Source: a virus (Duplodnaviria; Caudoviricetes). From it: a stretch of 54,865 bases of DNA. Shown here in pieces: positions 1 through 7,112 of the stretch (position 1 is the stretch's first letter; each line of letters begins with the position of its first letter). The DNA lies in the IMG/VR virus record IMGVR_UViG_3300046413_000898, positions 1 to 54,865 of that record; one strand, written 5' to 3'. The translations under genes were made by a program, and so were the position numbers. A model generated the notes under the pieces. The model worked only from the letters and a program-made list of their open reading frames with translations. It made no database searches and had not been told where the DNA came from.

Positions 1-20
1 CGATCGGATCAGGGGTTGGG

Positions 21-413
21 TCAGGTGGGGGTGATGACGACGGTGACGCCGGGTTCCTGCCCGTCCGGCACGTATGCCTTCTGGGCGGTGAGCCGCACGA
101 CTCGGGAGTCCTCAGCGAGCACCCCACCCGCCTGCAGCGAGTCGAGCAGGGATCGGCTGAGTTTATCGAGGTCGGGCTTCACTGCGGGCACCAGCCACCT
201 GGGTCTCTTGGGGCGTGGCATCCAGAAGCACAGTTCGACGTGGACGGGCTGGTCGATCGGTGGGCCGTCGTGCTGCGCGGCGACTGAGGCGGTGACCGTG
301 GTTCGCCAGGCTTTGTGGCGCTTGTTCGCCTCGTAGAGCCGCCCGGTGCGGGTCACGGACTTCGAGCCCTGCGGCACCGGGGTACCAACCGTCAGCGACC
401 GATGCAGAGTCAT
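21..413 (-). CDS. rusA: RusA-family Holliday junction resolvase (copy A)
   Basis: PVPQGSK N-terminus, KPDLDKL and DS(L)...EDSRVV motifs; near-identical to 42208-42600; ATGA overlap with upstream gene. Confidence 0.85.
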   Translation of the reverse strand: MTLHRSLTVGTPVPQGSKSVTRTGRLYEANKRHKAWRTTVTASVAAQHDGPPIDQPVHVELCFWMPRPKRPRWLVPAVKPDLDKLSRSLLDSLQAGGVLAEDSRVVRLTAQKAYVPDGQEPGVTVVITPT

Positions 414-637
414 TCGACACGCTCCTGCCAATCTCGGTACCGCAGGGTCCAGGAGTTCTCCCTGCCCCTTCCTTCTGCAACGGCCAGGATTTCTCGGCGC
501 CCTACGGCAGTGATCTCGATCGTGGTGGGACCATAGCCCTCATCTCCGACGAGCCGAGTGCCTGGACCCCACCCGCGGCGACGGGCGTAGTCCGCGGAGC
601 TCTCACCGTGGCGCATGTGCGGGTTGGTCGTGCTCAC
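410..637 (-). CDS. hypothetical phage protein (75 aa)
   Basis: Overlaps both neighbours by 4 nt (translational coupling). Confidence 0.65.
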   Translation of the reverse strand: MSTTNPHMRHGESSADYARRRGWGPGTRLVGDEGYGPTTIEITAVGRREILAVAEGRGRENSWTLRYRDWQERVE

Positions 638-1269
638 TTGACGCGCTCCCTACGAGTCCACGGGCCACAGAGCGGGCGTCGCATGTCCGACAGCATGTAC
701 CCCGACCGCCACGAACCAACCTCGTCGTCCCACCACCACGGGTAGCCGTCATCAACTTCGATCCACTTCCATGCGCGCAGGTGGGTGTCGTTGTCGGGCC
801 ACTCGCCCACCTCGATGCGCTCCGGCACCACCGGGGTGTCGTCGGGCCAGCGGGGCGGGTCCGACACGATGATCTGACGGTCGCCAGCGCGGACCAGTAT
901 GAGGTCCCAAGGCCACCAGTTCTCGTCCGTGTCCAGGATCGGGCATCTCTTGTCTTGCGGATCAGCGACCACGCCCAGCCAGTCGTCCCCCTTGATGCGG
1001 ATGCACTGCCCGAGGATCGTCGGCTTGTCCGGCTGCACCACCGGGGGCGGAGTGATGACCTTGATCGGGCGGGAGACCCGAGCCGCCTTGTACCCACCCT
1101 CCGACGTGAACAGGCGCAGGGCGTCTGCATGGGCCTCTTCAATTCGGCCCAGTGTCATTCGGGTCCGCACCCCCTGCCCGTCGTCCACCTCGATCTCTGC
1201 GCCCAGGTGGGCGTCCGTCAGGTCGCCCACCGTCAGGGTGTCACCCGCGCTGATCTTCTTCGTGCTCAT
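634..1269 (-). CDS. hypothetical phage protein (paralog of 43532-44173)
   Basis: Starts MSTKKISAGD after an AGGAG RBS; clear homolog in the second copy. Confidence 0.8.
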   Translation of the reverse strand: MSTKKISAGDTLTVGDLTDAHLGAEIEVDDGQGVRTRMTLGRIEEAHADALRLFTSEGGYKAARVSRPIKVITPPPVVQPDKPTILGQCIRIKGDDWLGVVADPQDKRCPILDTDENWWPWDLILVRAGDRQIIVSDPPRWPDDTPVVPERIEVGEWPDNDTHLRAWKWIEVDDGYPWWWDDEVGSWRSGYMLSDMRRPLCGPWTRRERVK

Positions 1270-1293
1270 TGCTATGTCTCCTCGGTGTGGGGC

Positions 1294-1323
1294 GCGGCCC
1301 CCACACGTGAGCGTGGGGGCCGC
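1294..1323 (-). terminator. GC-rich hairpin, probable terminator
   Basis: GCGGCCCCCAC...GTGGGGGCCGC 11-bp inverted repeat in the intergenic gap. Confidence 0.5.
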
Positions 1324-1342
1324 TGGTGTTGATGGGGTGGGG

Positions 1343-2356
1343 TCACTCGCCCACAGGGGCGGTGTCCCAGTCGAGCGTCTCCGGGCCATCGCCGTCCTGC
1401 TGGGCGTCAGCCTCGAGCTCGGCGATGAACGCCTCGATCTCGTCGCTGCTCAGCCCGGCGATGCTCTCGACCTTGCGGGTGATGCCCTGTTCGGACACCC
1501 ACGCCTGCACCGCGGTGGACTTCGCTCCCCGGTCCTCGAAGCCCTGAGCCACCAGCGCCGCGTCGAGGCGCTGCCACTGGCCCCGTTTGGACTTCACGAA
1601 GTCGTCGCTGGTCTCCGTGTCGTCGGCGTCCGTGTCGGGGGCGTCAGCCGGCTCGGGCTCCGGGGCGTCGGACACGTCCGGGGTCTCCGGTTCGGGCTGC
1701 TTCTTCGCTCGCGCCGGGGTCTTGCGCTTCACCGTGCGCGGCTTCGACTCCACCGCCGCAGGGGCCGGGGCGCTGGTGTCGCCGTCGAGGTTGATCTCCT
1801 CGACAGACGTGGCCGCCATGCCGGATAGCACGTCGGCGAACATCGTGCGGCACGCCTCGGTCTGCGCCTTCGCGGTGAGCATCGCGGTGGGGTCCTGCGA
1901 GTACAGCTTGTTGCTGGTGTACCCAGCCTTCTGTGCGCGCTGGATGGTCCAGGTGAACTCGGTCCAGTTCGCGGACCCCCGGCGGCGGGCGCGCACGGTG
2001 ACGGCCTGTTCCGTCGCGGCGGTGCGCTCGATCTCGTGTCCGTGGGACAGGACCAGTGCCACCATCGTGCGTGCGTAAAGGGCGGGCTTGCCCTGCACGA
2101 TGAAGATGTTGGACAGGGCGTTCATCGGCGCCAGGCCGATCTCGCGGCCGGTGAGGATCGCCGCGGCGGTGGCTTCGACGTTGCCGCGCAGCCCGCGGGG
2201 GACGAACTCGGTGCCGCAGAGGACAGCGGCGATGCGCCCGGCGGCGTCGAGCTCCGCGGCCCAATCGGCCAGGGCCATCACGGTCTCGGATGCGGCCTGG
2301 GGCTGGGTGGCTACGGCTTTGCCGTCTCGGTCGAAGGGGGACAGTTCGTTGCTCAT
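1343..2356 (-). CDS. RecT-like ssDNA annealing protein (copy A)
   Basis: AAILTGREIGLAPMNAL..I.IVQGKPALY core typical of actinophage RecT-like proteins; near an exonuclease; homolog at 47329-47997. Confidence 0.75.
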   Translation of the reverse strand: MSNELSPFDRDGKAVATQPQAASETVMALADWAAELDAAGRIAAVLCGTEFVPRGLRGNVEATAAAILTGREIGLAPMNALSNIFIVQGKPALYARTMVALVLSHGHEIERTAATEQAVTVRARRRGSANWTEFTWTIQRAQKAGYTSNKLYSQDPTAMLTAKAQTEACRTMFADVLSGMAATSVEEINLDGDTSAPAPAAVESKPRTVKRKTPARAKKQPEPETPDVSDAPEPEPADAPDTDADDTETSDDFVKSKRGQWQRLDAALVAQGFEDRGAKSTAVQAWVSEQGITRKVESIAGLSSDEIEAFIAELEADAQQDGDGPETLDWDTAPVGE

Positions 2357-2370
2357 GGTGTTCTCCTGGG

Positions 2371-2682
2371 TCACTTGATGCTGATCTTGGGGGCGGCCAC
2401 CTTGGTGTAGGCGTCGCGGGTGAGGTCGTCAATCTCGTCGGTGAGCAGCGAGTAGCGGGTCTCGGGCTCGTAGAGATCGGGGGCCTCGGTGGGCGGGTAG
2501 TCGCGCTCGAATCCGGCCTTGTCGAACCGGCGGTTGGGGATGACGGTGAGGGTGTGCTCGCCGGCTTCGTGCTTGCCCAGCGGCAGGGAGCGCAGCACCT
2601 CCTCGATCTCGGCCATGCGGGCCTTGTGCTGCAGGTACTCGGCCACCAGGTCGGCGGTCGTGGTCTCGGGGGTGGTGGTCAT
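2371..2682 (-). CDS. hypothetical phage protein
   Basis: RBS (AAGGAG) before MTTTPETT; coupled to neighbours. Confidence 0.65.
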   Translation of the reverse strand: MTTTPETTTADLVAEYLQHKARMAEIEEVLRSLPLGKHEAGEHTLTVIPNRRFDKAGFERDYPPTEAPDLYEPETRYSLLTDEIDDLTRDAYTKVAAPKISIK

Positions 2683-2897
2683 GGTGTGGTCTCCTTGGTG
2701 CGTTCCTGGATGTTCTTCTTCATGGTGGTGAGGGCGTCGATCAGACGCCCCACGTCGTCGGCGTCGAGGAATACCTCGGTGTATGTCGTCGGGATTCTCT
2801 TGTGTCGTTCGGTGATGTCGATTGCAACCCACTGGTCCTCGTAGTACAGGTCCAGGTACCCACGTCCGGCGCGGCACTCAACATGGAAGGCGCTCAT
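2679..2897 (-). CDS. hypothetical phage protein
   Basis: Starts MSAFHVEC after an AAGGAG RBS; ATGA overlaps. Confidence 0.6.
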   Translation of the reverse strand: MSAFHVECRAGRGYLDLYYEDQWVAIDITERHKRIPTTYTEVFLDADDVGRLIDALTTMKKNIQERTKETTP

Positions 2898-3718
2898 GCT
2901 GTGGTCTCCTTCTCGGTAGTGGTGGGTGGGTCTAGTGGGGGCCGCAGGAACGCTTCCCGGCGGCCGGCGTTCTTGGTCGTGAACGCCGCTACGAGGAACT
3001 GCCGGTACGCCTCCGCGATCTCTTCGCGGCTGGTGCACAGCGGGTGCAGGTCGGTGCCCTGCGGGGTGATGTGCGCGACGTAGGTGGCGGCGATGTCGGG
3101 CATGGGTCGCTCGTCGTCGCCGTCCACCCAGAACTCGGCGCGCGCGTAGGCCGCGGTCTGCAGCGCGGTCTCCCCGTACACGTGGTTGCTTGTCTTGAGG
3201 TCGATCAGCACCGGCTCCCCGTCGTTCAGGTAGGGGCTGGTCGCTACGAGGTCGAGGGTCCCAGCCCACCAGTCGCCCCGGTGGGCGACCATCACCTCGG
3301 TCAGCACCGGGGACACTTCCCACGTGTCGAGGAACTCGAGGTATCCCTCGACCTCAGCGGCGTGGGCGTCGGGCACCTCGACCTCGTTGCCGGCGATGAT
3401 CTGTTCGGCGAGTGCGTGGATCTCGGTGCCCCGGTCAGCGGCGGCGTCTCGCACTTCCCCTGGGACCTTGCAGAGCCGGTCCACTAGGGCAGTGCGGGTG
3501 CGGCCCCTCGACCTCACATCGGGCAGCCCGCGCAGCCGCTCGACCTCCTGCGGGTTAGCGTCCACCCACTCGGCGACCATGCGCCCATGCCAGGGCGCGA
3601 TCGCGGGTTTCGGGATGCCGCCGCCGATCAGGGTGGTGACGCCCTGCACCTTGGCTTGGACGCCCTGTGGGGTGTCGAGGGTGTACCGGTGTCGTCCTGG
3701 CTCGAAGGTCAGCCCCAT
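2894..3718 (-). CDS. PD-(D/E)XK exonuclease (RecE/Cas4-like) (copy A)
   Basis: AADRGTEIH, AGTLDL, IDLKTS and LQTAAY motifs; homolog at 47994-48770. Confidence 0.8.
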   Translation of the reverse strand: MGLTFEPGRHRYTLDTPQGVQAKVQGVTTLIGGGIPKPAIAPWHGRMVAEWVDANPQEVERLRGLPDVRSRGRTRTALVDRLCKVPGEVRDAAADRGTEIHALAEQIIAGNEVEVPDAHAAEVEGYLEFLDTWEVSPVLTEVMVAHRGDWWAGTLDLVATSPYLNDGEPVLIDLKTSNHVYGETALQTAAYARAEFWVDGDDERPMPDIAATYVAHITPQGTDLHPLCTSREEIAEAYRQFLVAAFTTKNAGRREAFLRPPLDPPTTTEKETTA

Positions 3719-4128
3719 CAGACTGCCCTCGAGAAGATGCCGTCACGGATGCGGCGGGGCCGGGCCGCGGCGACCGCTCCGCGCCAGTCTCCCAGCGCCC
3801 GGCCGATGGACTCGGCCATGTCGTCCCGCTCCACCTGGGTGGCGAACTGGTCGCCCGTGGGCCAGTCGCTGATCAGGTCACCGAGAGCGGTGAGCCCGAT
3901 GACTCGGGCGCCGAAGGCGATGGTGAGCGCGGCCTGGATGACCTCGGGGGCGTCGGTGTCGCGGTGCTCCCTGATGTACCAGGCGACGGCCTCGACGGCC
4001 TCGTCGTCGGTGCGGATCAGGTCGGGGGCGATGTGCGCCCCGTCGTGTGCCGCCCCCAGGGGTTCCACCTCGTCGGCGGGCTCCGGGGGCTCGTGGTACA
4101 TGCGCTCGATGGTAGCGAGGCTGGTCAT
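3718..4128 (-). CDS. hypothetical phage protein
   Basis: ORF with RBS, within the operon. Confidence 0.65.
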   Translation of the reverse strand: MTSLATIERMYHEPPEPADEVEPLGAAHDGAHIAPDLIRTDDEAVEAVAWYIREHRDTDAPEVIQAALTIAFGARVIGLTALGDLISDWPTGDQFATQVERDDMAESIGRALGDWRGAVAAARPRRIRDGIFSRAV

Positions 4129-4147
4129 GGTGCTGTCTCCTGTCTGC

Positions 4148-4501
4148 TCATGCGGTGGTGCTGTTGTCGATCCAGGCGTCGATCGGTGCGGCGATGCTCC
4201 GCCAGCGGCGAGATCGCCGGTCGGCCTCCTTATCGTAGAGCCCGCGGTAGGTGCCGATGTAGCCGCCCTTCCGTGAAGCCTTCGAGGACTTCACCGTCCG
4301 GTCTGTTTTCTCGATCCATCCGCGGTTCACAGCCCGAATCAACGCGCCTTGCCATGCCGACCCGGCGGGCGGCGGGCCGCACACTTCTTCGAGGTCCTCG
4401 ACGGTGAACTCCGCGAACTTGTCTGCCGTCTCCTGGATCGCGTTCTCCGCCGCGGCGTGCCATTCCTCGGCCGTCTGGTCGAGTGCCATGGGCTTGCTCA
4501 T
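4148..4501 (-). CDS. hypothetical protein, possible winged-helix (paralog of 49398-49685)
   Basis: Starts MSKPMAL; strongly conserved with the copy at 49.4 kb. Confidence 0.7.
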   Translation of the reverse strand: MSKPMALDQTAEEWHAAAENAIQETADKFAEFTVEDLEEVCGPPPAGSAWQGALIRAVNRGWIEKTDRTVKSSKASRKGGYIGTYRGLYDKEADRRSRRWRSIAAPIDAWIDNSTTA

Positions 4502-4608
4502 GGCTTCTCCTTCTCCCAGCTCCGCCGGCCGCCATGCAGCACTGCCCACGCCGTCCAAGCGAACGCGGCCCATGCGGCGACCGCGAGCAACACGATCCCC
4601 GCCGTCAC
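4498..4608 (-). CDS. small membrane peptide
   Basis: GTG start overlaps the upstream stop; hydrophobic helix; a similar peptide sits at 49682-49849. Confidence 0.55.
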   Translation of the reverse strand: MTAGIVLLAVAAWAAFAWTAWAVLHGGRRSWEKEKP

Positions 4609-4715
4609 TGGTCTCCCTCCTGTCGCCATGGGCGGGCGATCAGCAGCACGACTGCGATGACCGCCAGCGTCAGCAGGAAGTCGGGGTGAAGTCCCCACTC
4701 GATCCACTCGGGCAT
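4605..4715 (-). CDS. 36-aa single-TM peptide (MPEWIEWGLHPDFLLTLAVIAVVLLIARPWRQEGDQ)
   Basis: Strong AAGGAGGAG RBS; conserved homolog at 50913-51020. Confidence 0.75.
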   Translation of the reverse strand: MPEWIEWGLHPDFLLTLAVIAVVLLIARPWRQEGDQ

Positions 4716-4738
4716 GTCTCCTCCTTGGGTGCGGGTGA

Positions 4739-4764
4739 GGCCCGGCACCAGTCGGTGTCGGGCC
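4739..4764 (-). terminator. hairpin between candidate ncRNA and first early gene (copy A)
   Basis: GGCCCGGCACC/GGTGTCGGGCC stem; same position as the U-tailed terminator at 51039-51072. Confidence 0.5.
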
Positions 4765-4787
4765 GTCGTTGTGTCTGGTGTTCGTCC

Positions 4788-5065
4788 CACCTGGTCAGGC
4801 GAGCACGATCCGCTTGGCGCTCCGGGATCTACCGGGGCGACTTCCCTCACACCGTGCGGTTGCCTGCCGCAGCCTTATCGGGCTGTACCCACCCGCCATG
4901 CGGGTGCTCTGCGACGTGTAGGGGCTGGCCGGTCACCGGCCCCCGTAACGCTGTGGTGTGGGGTATATGCCTTCACCCTCCGCATCGCCTCGTGAGGCTC
5001 ACATGCGGTGGGCGCCCGGTGAATCTCCGGGTGTGTCGTGCGGATCGTGCTAGTCCGACCAGGTG
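4788..5065 (-). ncRNA. candidate ~280-nt structured non-coding RNA (copy A)
   Basis: Long terminal stem plus internal hairpins; compensatory changes relative to 51095-51371; no conserved ORF. Confidence 0.7.
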
Positions 5066-5072
5066 CGGCGTC

Positions 5073-5240
5073 TTAGGCCTTGGGCAGCCAGGGCGCCAGG
5101 TTGCTCTCGGGGATGACCCAGCGTGCGCCCCGCCCGGTCTTTACCGCGTCGGGGAAGGACTTGTCGTGGATCATCCGCATGATGGTGGTGCGGGAGACTC
5201 GCAGGAGCTCGGCTGCCTCGTGTGTCGTGTAGTTCTTCAT
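5073..5240 (-). CDS. excisionase/AlpA-like HTH DNA-binding protein (55 aa, missing from the ORF track)
   Basis: Manual translation MKNYTTHEAAELLRVSRTTIMRMIHDKSFPDAVKTGRGARWVIPESNLAPWLPKA; GGAGG RBS; homolog at 51379-51540. Confidence 0.85.
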   Translation of the reverse strand: MKNYTTHEAAELLRVSRTTIMRMIHDKSFPDAVKTGRGARWVIPESNLAPWLPKA

Positions 5241-5268
5241 CGTCACCTCCTTGGTGCGTCGTAGTCAC

Positions 5269-5297
5269 AGCATGGCACACGGTGGAGCGCCAGGCAA
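5269..5297 (-). promoter_or_regulatory. putative early promoter TTGCCT-N17-CATGCT
   Basis: Spacing and -10 conserved in copy B (TTGCAC-N17-CATGCT, 51569-51597). Confidence 0.55.
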
Positions 5298-5334
5298 CAC
5301 CCCGACCCCCTTAGTGCCGTAATGATGCGTCATG

Positions 5335-5363
5335 TTGCGCAGTGACGCGCGGTGACGTACTGT
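5335..5363 (+). promoter_or_regulatory. putative divergent promoter TTGCGC-N17-TACTGT, overlapped by 10-bp phased repeats
   Basis: Positional equivalent in copy B is TTGACA-N16-TACGGT. Confidence 0.5.
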
Positions 5364-5399
5364 GACGCCATGAACAACCGCACCACCAAGGAGCACGAC

Positions 5400-5690
5400 A
5401 TGCAGACCTTCACCAAGGCCCTCAAGACCATCGACGCCGGCACCACCTCCATTGGCATCGATGCCTGGACCCAAGAGGACGGCAAGCTGCGCGGCACCAT
5501 CTGGCGCCGCGCAGATGAGGAGACCGCCGCAGGCAAGTGGGACAGCGTGCTCGCGGCCTTCATCGCCGACGAGGGCGAGGATCACGACGACATGATCGGC
5601 CGTCTCCGCCAGGCCGACTGGCTCCCCGAGGAGTGGGTCCACTACGACCTCGGCGGCGACGAGGGCGACACCATCGCAGCGACTCGCTGA
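5400..5690 (+). CDS. hypothetical acidic protein
   Basis: AAGGAG RBS before MQTFTK; high-GC codon usage. Confidence 0.7.
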   Translation: MQTFTKALKTIDAGTTSIGIDAWTQEDGKLRGTIWRRADEETAAGKWDSVLAAFIADEGEDHDDMIGRLRQADWLPEEWVHYDLGGDEGDTIAATR

Positions 5691-5708
5691 CGCCGAGGGT
5701 GAACCAGG

Positions 5709-6251
5709 ATGGGCTTCGCTGAAATGCCACTAGCCATGTCCGTCCCCGGTCTCACCCCTGTGGAGCGGCTCGTGCTCACATCCGTGGCTGAGCACTCGCG
5801 CCGATCGGAGGGGTGGACGATGTTCTGGGGGCAGAAGCGCCTGGCCGCACGCCTCAATGTGTCCGACCGGGCGGTGCGCAACGCATATGTGCGCCTTGAG
5901 GACATGGGGCTGGTCACCCGCACCAAGCGCACCCGGGGCGATGGCGAGAACCGCCGGCGCACCACGGACCTTGTGCGCTTCAACGTGGAAGCCGTCCGCC
6001 GGGCAGCAGATGCGGAACTGAGTTCCTCCACTAGCGGAAGTGAGTTCCGCAGGTCAGCGGAACTGAGTTCCGCGCTTAACAGGGAAGGAGAACAGGGAAG
6101 TGAACATGCATCTGCGGAACTGAGTTCCGCTAGTCGCCAGGACCCCCCGCCAGCAGACGATGATGATGGATGGAACAACGACGACTGGCACATCACAGAC
6201 GGACCAGCACCGATAGACCACAGCGCCGGTCACTACGACTGGACCGCCTGA
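5709..6251 (+). CDS. winged-HTH replication-initiator-like protein with internal iterons
   Basis: ERLVL..A...GQKRLAARLNVSDRAVRNAYVRLEDMGLV resembles phage Rep N-termini; four 17-bp palindromes inside the gene. Confidence 0.65.
   Translation: MGFAEMPLAMSVPGLTPVERLVLTSVAEHSRRSEGWTMFWGQKRLAARLNVSDRAVRNAYVRLEDMGLVTRTKRTRGDGENRRRTTDLVRFNVEAVRRAADAELSSSTSGSEFRRSAELSSALNREGEQGSEHASAELSSASRQDPPPADDDDGWNNDDWHITDGPAPIDHSAGHYDWTA
6012..6130. repeat. four 17-bp palindromic repeats GCGGAACTGAGTTCCGC (iteron-like)
   Basis: Copies at 6012-6028, 6034-6050, 6057-6073 and 6114-6130. Confidence 0.9.
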
Positions 6252-6290
6252 CCCACGAACCACCACCACCCGCACGATAGGATCCCCACC

Positions 6291-6584
6291 ATGAGCACCA
6301 CCCGCATCATCAAGACACAGTCCGAGCAGCGCACCTACACCGGCAACCGCTCACGCGGCCTCCTCGGCTTCACCATCGGCCTGCCTCTGGTCCTGGCATG
6401 CTTCGTCGCCGCGATCGCCACCTGGGGCAACAACGAGGACCTGGGACGGCTGTTCTTCGTCGCCGGGCTGATTGCGTTCGCCTGGTTCGTGGTGTCGATC
6501 CTCCGACTGCTGTTGTTCGTGCTCTCAGGTGACCGGGACGTGACGGTCACCAGCCCCACCGAGTACACGGTGGTGGAGGACTGA
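6291..6584 (+). CDS. two-TM membrane protein
   Basis: Two hydrophobic helices; ends before the hairpin. Confidence 0.7.
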   Translation: MSTTRIIKTQSEQRTYTGNRSRGLLGFTIGLPLVLACFVAAIATWGNNEDLGRLFFVAGLIAFAWFVVSILRLLLFVLSGDRDVTVTSPTEYTVVED

Positions 6585-6604
6585 CCACACCCGGGCATGA
6601 CGAA

Positions 6605-6646
6605 ATGGCCCCCGGCCACCTCCACAGGGGAGGGGCCGGGGGCCAT
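6605..6646. terminator. bidirectional terminator hairpin between convergent genes
   Basis: ATGGCCCCCGGCC...GGCCGGGGGCCAT; homologous hairpin at 51953-51997. Confidence 0.75.
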
Positions 6647-6662
6647 GTTCATCGGCGACGGA

Positions 6663-7112
6663 TCAGGTGCCCACCTGCCGCGCCAGTCGCGCCACCGGAT
6701 CGGTGTCGTCGTCGTGGTCGTCGTCCACGGTCTGCTCGAGCTCGACCGGGGAGTCAGTGACGGCCTGGTCCTCGGTGAGGACGAGGCCGTCGGTAGGGAT
6801 CTGGTCGGGGTCCACGAGGTTCGAGGCGTACTCCCCGGTCTCGTCCGGCGAGTCCACCTGCGGCGGCAGGGGATCACGGGCCGGGTCGCGCTTGGCGTAG
6901 CCGGCCAGGACTGCGCCGGTGGCGCCGATGGCGACGAACACTGGCGCTGACCAGACGCCGAGACTCTGCACGGCTTCCTGGGGGATCGCCAGCAGGAAGG
7001 CGGCCGCGATACCAGCCAGGGCGGTCAGTGCACCGCCGGTGACGATGCCCGCGGTGACCTTGGGGCTGATGCGGGTGGGATCGGTGGATGCGCTGGCTGC
7101 GTGGCGGCTCAT
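6663..7112 (-). CDS. holin-like membrane protein (copy A)
   Basis: Two TM segments (ISPKVTAG... motif), acidic tail, directly after the endolysin. Confidence 0.65.
   Translation of the reverse strand: MSRHAASASTDPTRISPKVTAGIVTGGALTALAGIAAAFLLAIPQEAVQSLGVWSAPVFVAIGATGAVLAGYAKRDPARDPLPPQVDSPDETGEYASNLVDPDQIPTDGLVLTEDQAVTDSPVELEQTVDDDHDDDTDPVARLARQVGT

Noticed and set aside
4605-4850. Long ORF extensions across the candidate RNA (4605-4850, 50913-51206, 4404-5264)
   Set aside because: Frames and translations are not conserved between the two copies; the real start with RBS is at MPEW
4788-5065. Group I/II intron, cobalamin riboswitch or raiA-motif identity for the RNA
   Set aside because: It does not interrupt a gene, and I could not match the diagnostic cores by eye; a cmscan is still needed to exclude these formally
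5050-5280. ORF-track 76-aa ORF (and 51278-51613)
   Set aside because: Wrong frame; the overlapping 55/53-aa HTH ORF has the RBS and a recognisable motif
6012-6130. Palindromic repeats as a mini-CRISPR array
   Set aside because: Repeats are 17 bp with 5-6 bp gaps, lie inside a gene, and there is no cas operon; the Cas4-like gene is a phage recombination exonuclease
5300-6660. Integrase, attP or CI repressor in the central slot
   Set aside because: No tyrosine/serine recombinase or XRE-type ORF is recognisable here, at 51600-52050, or elsewhere in the window
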